The position numbers and the translations under genes were made by a program. From NCBI GenBank assembly GCA_030649345.1, contig JAUSKK010000020.1, forward strand, positions 1 to 32,000: a stretch of 32,000 nucleotides of DNA. Reading direction: 5' to 3'. This document shows positions 25,684 through 32,000 of the stretch, piece by piece. Position 1 is the first letter of the stretch. Each line of letters opens with the position of its first letter. Source of the stretch: Candidatus Iainarchaeum sp. Lineage in GTDB: Archaea; Iainarchaeota; Iainarchaeia; Iainarchaeales; 0-14-0-20-34-12. The notes below the pieces were generated by a model. The model was given only the letters and a program-made list of their open reading frames with translations. It was not told where the DNA came from and made no database searches.

Positions 25684-28308
25684 ATGAGCATTCAATTTCA
25701 AACCGAAAAACATTCTGATAAAGAAATTTTTGCAAACCTAAATCCTTGGCTGACGGCCTGGTTTAAACACAAGTTTGAAGGATTTACTGAACCCCAAAAA
25801 TATGCAATCTTAAATGTGCACAGAAAAGAAAATACTTTGGTTACAGCACCCACAGGAAGTGGAAAAACTTTAAGTGCTTTTTCTGGAGTCTTAAGCGAAT
25901 TGATTACTTTAGCTGAGCAAGGAGAATTAAAAGACACAGTGTACTGCATTTACATTTCTCCGCTCCGTGCACTTTCGAATGACATCCAAGTAAACTTAAA
26001 CGAACCTTTGGAAGAAATTGAAAAAGCTGCCGGAAAAATTGGAAAAAAATTTGGAATCAGAGTAGGAGTACGAACAGGAGACACTTTGCAATCCGAACGA
26101 GCCAAACAATCCAAAAAACCTCCGCACATTTTGGTAACCACTCCTGAAAGTTTAGCTATATTACTGAATTCTCCGAAATTTCGAGAACATTTCAAAAACA
26201 CGCAATGGGTTATTATTGATGAAATTCATGCATTGGCAGAAAACAAACGAGGAGTGCATTTAAGTTTAAGCTTGGAAAGACTGCAAAGAATTCAGCCCAA
26301 TATTTGCAGAATAGGATTAAGTGCAACCATTGAGCCTTTAGAAGAAATTGCAAAATATTTGGCTGGAAAAGAAAACGAAAAAAATTGGAGAGACTGCAAA
26401 ATTGTAGACGCCAGATTTGAGAAAACGTTGGATTTGCAAGTAATCAGTCCTTTGCCGGATTTAATTAATGTCAGTTCAGAACAAGTTCAAAAAGCATTGT
26501 ATGAAACTTTGCATGATTTAATTCAAGCTCATAAAACAACGTTAATTTTTACCAATACTCGAAGTGCTACAGAACGAGTGGTTGATCATTTAAAAGAAAA
26601 ATATCCAGGAAAATATTTAGGGAAAATTGGAGCCCACCATTCCAGTGTCAGCAGAAGCAAGCGATTGGAAATAGAACAAAGACTCAAAAAAGGAGAACTC
26701 AAAGTAGTGGTGTGCAGTACCAGTTTAGAATTGGGAATCGATATTGGATTTATTGATTTAGTCATTTTATTGGGAAGCCCGAAAAGTATTGCCCGGGCAT
26801 TGCAAAGAGTTGGAAGATCCGGACACAAACTACATGACACCATTAAAGGAAAAATTATTGTAATGGACCGAGATGATTTAATCGAGTGTGCTGTTTTAGC
26901 CAAACAAGCCAAAGAACACAAAATTGACAAAATTCATATTCCCACCCAAGCCATGGATGTCTTGGCACAACATATTTATGGAATTGCCATTGGAGAAAAA
27001 ATTCTGGTTACAGAATTATTTGAATTAATCAAAAAAAGCTATTGTTATGAAAAAATAACTTTGCATGAATTGGAAGAAATTTTAAGTTATCTAAGCGGAG
27101 AATACACTTCTTTAGAAGTACGGCATGTGTATGCCAAAATATGGTGGGATAAAGAAACTGGAATGATTGGAAAAAGAGGAAAACTAGCCAGAGTCATTTA
27201 CATGACCAATATTGGAACCATCCCCGATGAAGCCAAAATAAATGTAAAAATTGGATCTGAAGTCATTGGACACATAGACGAACCTTTTTTGGAACGAATG
27301 AAAAAAGGAGATGTCTTTGTCTTAGGCGGAGACAAATACCAATTTTTGTATGCACGAGGAATGACCATTCAGGTCAAAGCCGAGGAAGTACGACCTCCCA
27401 CTATTCCGAATTGGGTTAGCGAAATGCTGCCTTTAAGTTTTGATTTAGCCAACGAAATTCAAAGATTCAGAACATTAATGGAAGAAAAATTTAAAGGAAA
27501 AAAAACCAAAAAAGAAATCTTGGAATTCATTCACACTTATTTGTACTGCGATGGAAAAACAGGAAATGCAATTTATCAATATTTTTTTGAACAATTTCAT
27601 TACAGCAAAATTCCAAACACACATTTGCTTTTAGTAGAACAAGTGAAAGAGAATTCAGGAAATCAGTTAATTTTTCATTCACTATATGGACGAAGAGTCA
27701 ATGATGTATTAAGCAGAACATTTGGATGGCTGTTAAGCAAACTTATGCATAAAGATTTAGCTGTAACCATTAACGATAATGGATTTATTTTAAGCACAGA
27801 CAAAGGAGGCATGCAATTTGAAGGAATGATTAATGCATTCAAAAGCGAAAAAAACTTGCATTACGTAATGGAACGAGCCATTGAAAATTCAGAAATATTA
27901 AAGCGAAGATTTAGACATTGTGCTACACGTTCTTTAATGATTTTGAGAACCTATCGAGGAAGAACCAAGAGTGTTGGACGACAGCATATGAGCTCGCATT
28001 TATTGTTGAGTGCAGTAAAACAGTTAGATGAAAATTTTTCCATTTTACAGGAAGCCAAACGCGAAGTTTTAAAAGATTCTATGGATTTAGAAAATGCAGA
28101 AAAAGTCCAGGATTGGATTAAATCTGGAAAACTTAAAATAGAAATTTTACAAACGGATGTGCCCAGTCCATTTGCATTCAATTTGGTAGCGCGCGGAAGA
28201 AGTGATTTAATCAAAATGGAAGGACGCTTAGAATTTGTCAAACGAATGCATGCACAAGTTTTGGAAAAAATAAAAGAAAAAGGAAATCAAACAACTAACA
28301 CACAGTAA
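25684..28308 (+). CDS. lhr: Lhr-like DEAD/DEAH-box ATP-dependent helicase
   Basis: APTGSGKT, DEIH, SAT and QRVGRSGH motifs, plus a long C-terminal Lhr-type extension; 874 aa. Confidence 0.92.
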   Translation: MSIQFQTEKHSDKEIFANLNPWLTAWFKHKFEGFTEPQKYAILNVHRKENTLVTAPTGSGKTLSAFSGVLSELITLAEQGELKDTVYCIYISPLRALSNDIQVNLNEPLEEIEKAAGKIGKKFGIRVGVRTGDTLQSERAKQSKKPPHILVTTPESLAILLNSPKFREHFKNTQWVIIDEIHALAENKRGVHLSLSLERLQRIQPNICRIGLSATIEPLEEIAKYLAGKENEKNWRDCKIVDARFEKTLDLQVISPLPDLINVSSEQVQKALYETLHDLIQAHKTTLIFTNTRSATERVVDHLKEKYPGKYLGKIGAHHSSVSRSKRLEIEQRLKKGELKVVVCSTSLELGIDIGFIDLVILLGSPKSIARALQRVGRSGHKLHDTIKGKIIVMDRDDLIECAVLAKQAKEHKIDKIHIPTQAMDVLAQHIYGIAIGEKILVTELFELIKKSYCYEKITLHELEEILSYLSGEYTSLEVRHVYAKIWWDKETGMIGKRGKLARVIYMTNIGTIPDEAKINVKIGSEVIGHIDEPFLERMKKGDVFVLGGDKYQFLYARGMTIQVKAEEVRPPTIPNWVSEMLPLSFDLANEIQRFRTLMEEKFKGKKTKKEILEFIHTYLYCDGKTGNAIYQYFFEQFHYSKIPNTHLLLVEQVKENSGNQLIFHSLYGRRVNDVLSRTFGWLLSKLMHKDLAVTINDNGFILSTDKGGMQFEGMINAFKSEKNLHYVMERAIENSEILKRRFRHCATRSLMILRTYRGRTKSVGRQHMSSHLLLSAVKQLDENFSILQEAKREVLKDSMDLENAEKVQDWIKSGKLKIEILQTDVPSPFAFNLVARGRSDLIKMEGRLEFVKRMHAQVLEKIKEKGNQTTNTQ

Positions 28309-28312
28309 TTGC

Positions 28313-28369
28313 GTGGTATCGAGCCACAGCGAAGATACCACAAAAGCTTTCCGCCGGGGCTAGCCGGCG
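28313..28369 (+). other. two GC-rich hairpins between lhr and the phosphoesterase gene
   Basis: GTGGTATC 28313-28320 pairs with GATACCAC 28334-28341. CGCCGG 28352-28357 pairs with CCGGCG 28364-28369. This GC-rich patch sits in an otherwise A-rich spacer. Confidence 0.45.
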
Positions 28370-28396
28370 AAATAAAAGGAAAAGAAAAAGGACAAA

Positions 28397-29182
28397 ATGA
28401 AAATGAATAAAGAAAAAATTTTAGAAAAAAAGGAACGAGTACAAATGAGTAATGAAAAAATTTTGGAAAGTACACAAATTTTAAATTCCGGATTGTTCTT
28501 CGAAAAATCCAAAACACTCATTATTGGAGACTTGCAGTTAGGATACGAAGAAAACTTAAACCAGCAAGGAGTCATGATTCCAAGAGTTAATTTAAAGCAA
28601 ATTATGAAAAAGCTAGAAGAGATTTTCTCAAAAATTGGAAAAATTGAAAAAGTTATAATTAATGGAGACTTAAAACATGAATTTGGAAGAGTGTCAGAAC
28701 AAGAATGGAATGAAGTATTGGATGTATTAAGGTACTTAAAACAATGGAGCAAAGAAGTGATTGTGGTGAAAGGAAACCATGATGTGTTTTTTGCACCCAT
28801 TGGAAAATGGGAAAATATGAAAGTGCAAGAAAATTATTTTTTGGAAAATGAAAAAATCTTAATTTTGCATGGACACAAAATTCCGGACAAAAATAAAGAG
28901 TTTGCGCAAGCAAAGATATTAATTATTGGGCACGAGCATCCAGCTGTGACTCTAAGAGAAGGAAGTACGGTGCATAAATATAAGTGTTTTTTGAAAGGAA
29001 AATGGACAACCAAAACCATTGTCGTAATGCCTTCGTTTAGCGAGTTAAGCGGAGGACATGATATTTTAAAGCAAGAAACTTTGAGTCCTTTTTTAGAAAA
29101 CGGATTAAGTGAATTTCAAGTATGGGTTGTGGAAGATCAAACCTATTATTTTGGCAAAATAAAGGATTTGATGGAAAAATAA
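28397..29182 (+). CDS. metallophosphoesterase, PdeM/MPE-like partner of Lhr
   Basis: IIGDLQLG, INGDLKHEF, VKGNHD, LHGH and GHEHP motifs. The start could also be an internal Met (28403 or 28445). Confidence 0.8.
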   Translation: MKMNKEKILEKKERVQMSNEKILESTQILNSGLFFEKSKTLIIGDLQLGYEENLNQQGVMIPRVNLKQIMKKLEEIFSKIGKIEKVIINGDLKHEFGRVSEQEWNEVLDVLRYLKQWSKEVIVVKGNHDVFFAPIGKWENMKVQENYFLENEKILILHGHKIPDKNKEFAQAKILIIGHEHPAVTLREGSTVHKYKCFLKGKWTTKTIVVMPSFSELSGGHDILKQETLSPFLENGLSEFQVWVVEDQTYYFGKIKDLMEK

Positions 29183-29191
29183 TCAATTCAG

Positions 29192-29686
29192 CTACAAAAA
29201 TAATTGAGCATAATTTCTTAGACTGAGTAAAAAGTTTTCAGGATTTTTTTCCATTTGCTTTTGCAAGTCATCCGGTGAAAACCATTTGACTTCTTCAACT
29301 TCGGTTTCCTGTGGTTTAAAATAAGAAACAGGCTGATCAATTTTCAAAAAATACCATTGAACAAAATAATGATATTGATTGTCTCGCTTTAGTTTAGGCC
29401 CTAATGAAAATACGCAATTTTTGATGCCAAGTTCTTCTTCGGCTTCTTTTACAATATTTTCTTCATAAGTCTCATTTTCTTCTACAGTTCCAGCAACTGC
29501 AGGCCCCCATTTATTGGGATCATGCGCTTTGGTATGATGACGTTTAGCTAAAAGAATTTCCCCTTTAGAATTGGTAACCCATAAAGCAGAAACTCGATAA
29601 ATATCATTGGATTTCAAATCAGCATTGTATTTAGACCCAATAATTTTGTCAGTTTCGTCCACAATAACTATTTTTGACTTAGGCAT
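29192..29686 (-). CDS. NUDIX hydrolase
   Basis: Nudix box AGTVEENETYEENIVKEAEEELGI; 164 aa. Confidence 0.85.
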   Translation of the reverse strand: MPKSKIVIVDETDKIIGSKYNADLKSNDIYRVSALWVTNSKGEILLAKRHHTKAHDPNKWGPAVAGTVEENETYEENIVKEAEEELGIKNCVFSLGPKLKRDNQYHYFVQWYFLKIDQPVSYFKPQETEVEEVKWFSPDDLQKQMEKNPENFLLSLRNYAQLFL

Positions 29687-29716
29687 ATGAAAGTTAGCTC
29701 TCAGTAAAAAATTTAA

Positions 29717-29792
29717 TGGGGTTGCTGAGACCCAAACAGCCGTAACCCAGCTGGCGTGTTAGACTAGCCCAGTCTTACGACTGGGCGGAGGC
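29717..29792 (-). ncRNA. tRNA-derived / tRNA-like 76-nt element (decayed tRNA copy, or a structured leader of the Nudix gene)
   Basis: Its last 14 nt (TCTCAGCAACCCCA) are identical to the 3' end of the adjacent tRNA-Pro. It has a D-arm-like AGAC-TGGGCTA-GTCT preceded by TA, and a GTAA-capped 7-bp hairpin. No complementary 5' acceptor strand is present. Confidence 0.4.
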
Positions 29793-29844
29793 AATTATTT
29801 TATTAATTTAAATAAAGGGGAGATCTGGATTTACCTAAAACTGA

Positions 29845-29861
29845 GAGGGGGAAGCCCCCTC
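29845..29861 (-). terminator. GC hairpin plus T-tract downstream of tRNA-Pro
   Basis: On the - strand, GAGGGGG-CTT-CCCCCTC lies 6 nt after the tRNA 3' end and is followed by TCAGTTTT. Confidence 0.4.
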
Positions 29862-29867
29862 GCGGTT

Positions 29868-30022
29868 TGGGGTTGCTGAGATTCGAACTCAGGTCCCAAC
29901 CTAATTCTGACTAATACTTTGCCAAACTTTCTTTCTTTTGGCAACGTACATTTTCTTTCTTTCGCAAAGAAAGAAAAGGCCGCCCGAAGGTTGAATACTA
30001 GACCAGGCTATACTACAACCCC
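29868..30022 (-). tRNA. tRNA-Pro(CGG) with an 80-nt intron at 37/38 (intron 29903-29982)
   Basis: On the - strand: GGGGTTG-TA-GTAT-AGCCTGGTCTA-GTAT-T-CAACC-TTCGGG[intron]A-GGTTG-GGAC-CTGAG-TTCGAAT-CTCAG-CAACCCC-A. All four stems pair, with G37 and A73. The junctions fit a bulge-helix-bulge. CCA is not encoded. TTTTAATC lies ~28 nt upstream. Confidence 0.85.
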
Positions 30023-30060
30023 AATAGTACTATTTTCATTGGCAAAGATTAAAACGGCTT

Positions 30061-30960
30061 CTATCGAATCAAAAACGCACCAGCGACAATCAATACAATC
30101 GCCAGTACTTTTTGACTTAAAGCAAATGAACGAATATCTTCTTGAAGGAAACGCGGCAAGAAAATAGTCAAAACAATAGCTAAACCAAAAGTAAAAAAGG
30201 CACGCAAAGCACGCAAGGCTGAAACTAGAGGAGAGTCACCTAAAGATAAGGAAATGAATTCTAAAAAAATTCCAATATAGAAAAAAGTCTGGCCAAAGAA
30301 AAAAAAAGCAAACGGTTTCCAGCCAAATTCAGCAAATGCTTGCTTGAACGCAATTTGAGAATTCTTGGTGAAAGCAAAAAGTAAACTAGACAAACCAAAG
30401 CCTAACAAAAAATAAAAAAAACATTCCGAAAAAGACAAAGACACCAAAGCATAATCCAAGACTACTTTAGATACAGCAAATGAAAACGCAGACAACAACA
30501 TTATTCTTAAAACAGAGGTTACTGTAAATTTGAATTCTAATTTTTTTAAAGAAATCAAGAATGCTCCCATTACTAAAAATAAAATTCCTAAAAATTGATT
30601 GAATGAAAAAGATTGATGCAAAAACAAAATGGCTAAAACTGTAACAAATACTGGAATTAATTGAAGCAAAGCAATCACTTTCGAAGCTTCTTCTAATTTC
30701 ATAGAACGATAATACAAGACTGTGCCTGCAGTTTCACATAAGCCAGCAAAAACAGAAATTAATATTGGAAATGAAACAATAAAAGAAAACGGGCCAAAAA
30801 AAAGCCATATGATTGCTGCAATCACTAAAGAAAAAAAGCCTTCAAATACTACAGCTAAATAAGCATTTTTTAAAAATTTATCCAAAGAAACTTTGTCGAC
30901 AATGGATGTTAAAGATTCAGAAAAAGCAGATAATAACGAAAAACCAAACCAAGAAAACAT
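30061..30960 (-). CDS. EamA/DMT-family transporter
   Basis: About 10 hydrophobic segments in two similar halves. ATG 30960 (MFSWFGFSLLSAF) is preferred over the track's 31065. Confidence 0.78.
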   Translation of the reverse strand: MFSWFGFSLLSAFSESLTSIVDKVSLDKFLKNAYLAVVFEGFFSLVIAAIIWLFFGPFSFIVSFPILISVFAGLCETAGTVLYYRSMKLEEASKVIALLQLIPVFVTVLAILFLHQSFSFNQFLGILFLVMGAFLISLKKLEFKFTVTSVLRIMLLSAFSFAVSKVVLDYALVSLSFSECFFYFLLGFGLSSLLFAFTKNSQIAFKQAFAEFGWKPFAFFFFGQTFFYIGIFLEFISLSLGDSPLVSALRALRAFFTFGLAIVLTIFLPRFLQEDIRSFALSQKVLAIVLIVAGAFLIR

Positions 30961-31159
30961 TAAGTCCTCAAAAAAATAGCGCGAAAGAGTTCCAACTAAA
31001 AAATATAGCTGGAAGGGTTTATATTTGTTTAGCGGCAGTATTATTTGTGCCCGAAAAAGATGCAACCTTGAATGAAGTTTTTGAAGAAATTGCAGACAAA
31101 AGCGGCACAGAATTCTTTTTAGAACTACCCAAAAACTACAAAAAAGGACAAACCAAATA

Positions 31160-32000
31160 CGTGGTCATTACCGGTTCTGTCATGAGCGGAATTGGCAAAG
31201 GAATGATTTCTAGTTCTTTATGCAAACTATTAAAAGATCGAGAAATTAATGTAGAACCCATGAAATTAGAAGCTTACTTGAACGTTGATTCTGGAACACT
31301 GAATCCATTTAGACACGGAGAAGTTTTTGTTTTAGATGACGGAACAGAGACTGACATGGATTTGGGAAGCTATGAAAGATTTGCTGACAAAAATTTAAGC
31401 AAAAACAATTTTGTAACCAGCGGACGAATTTATCAAGAAGTTATTCGAAAAGAAAGAGCAGGAGAATATTTAGGAAGAGATGTACAATTCATTCCGCATG
31501 TAACAGCAGAAATTAAAAATGTAGTGCGAAAATTAGCTTTGGAAAAAAAAGCAGACATTGTATTAATTGAAATCGGCGGAACAGTCGGAGATTATGAAAA
31601 CTTGTTTGCATTAGAAGCCATGCGAGAACTGGCTTACGAAGACGGAAAACAAAATGTATGTTTTGTGAACGTGACTTATATCATTGAACCCAAAACATTG
31701 GGAGAACATAAAAGCAAAGCAGCTCAATTTGGAATAAGACAATTAATGCAAACTGGAATACAGCCGGATGTAATTATTTGCAGAAGTGAAACCAAAATAC
31801 CGGAAAGAATTAAAGAAAAAATCAGCATGAGTTCCAATGTTCACTTAAGCAATATTGTAGGCTGTGAAAATATTGGAAATATTTACGAACTGCCTTTGGC
31901 TATGCGGGAACGAAATTTAGATGAAATTGTTTTAGAAACACTGGAATGGAATAAAAAATTTCCAATGACTGGAACTGGAAACAAAAAATTATACGAATGG
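31160..32000 (+). CDS. pyrG: CTP synthase, 3'-truncated by the window edge; start uncertain
   Basis: KYVVITGSVMSGIGKGM...LEAYLNVDSGTLNPFRHGEVFVLDDGTETDMDLGSYERF...GGTVGD. The frame has no ATG before 31181. GTG 31160 is the first plausible start unless a frameshift joins an upstream ORF. Confidence 0.88.

Noticed and set aside
29717-29881. The 14-nt direct repeat as attL/attR of an integrated mobile element.
   Set aside because: Only 137 nt separate the copies, and they contain no ORF. No integrase or other mobile-element gene is present in the window. At most this is a scar, so it is reported as a tRNA-like element rather than a mobile element.
29919-30167. 82-aa + strand ORF in the ORF track.
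   Set aside because: It overlaps the tRNA-Pro gene and its intron on the other strand, as well as the 3' end of the EamA gene. The tRNA cloverleaf is far better supported.
1-32000. Scan for rRNA genes, CRISPR arrays, transposases, integrases and known defence-system genes.
   Set aside because: None was recognised. The only repeats found are those listed, and all large ORFs have housekeeping, transport or surface-protein character.

Overview
This is an AT-rich (roughly one-third GC by eye), very gene-dense chromosomal segment from an archaeon, probably a small-genome DPANN-type lineage. That placement is an inference from several features. These are an archaeal-type PEP carboxylase (MSTQHPDN motif), NucS/EndoMS, a TrmB regulator, DUF357, and a tRNA intron at 37/38 in a bulge-helix-bulge. 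TATA-like boxes also sit about 25 nt upstream of apparently leaderless starts, and convergent genes abut or share stop codons. I support about 40 protein genes. Most are housekeeping or transport: acyP, cutA, aquaporin, CaCA exchanger, dcd, pdxS/pdxT, CorA-like, nadE, nucS, eno, prs, archaeal ppc, an ABC-2 exporter pair, TrmB, Lhr helicase plus a metallophosphoesterase, two Nudix hydrolases, an EamA transporter and a 5'-partial pyrG. RNA features are one intron-containing tRNA-Pro(CGG), a neighbouring decayed tRNA-like element, and an unclassified GC-rich structured RNA island of about 200 nt. I saw no rRNA, CRISPR array, transposase or integrase, and no recognisable defence system. The items most worth follow-up are: (1) the structured RNA at 2399-2605; (2) a protein at 10287-11279 that looks like a permuted bacterial sigma factor (region-4-like HTH, basic NUMOD3-like repeats, then a region-2-like domain); (3) the tRNA-Pro / tRNA-like locus at 29717-30022; (4) a lipoprotein with 14 regular C-x11-C-x13 repeats; (5) tandem M64-like lipoprotein peptidases that share a conserved promoter and signal-peptide cassette. 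All family assignments come from motif recognition by eye. No database search was run.
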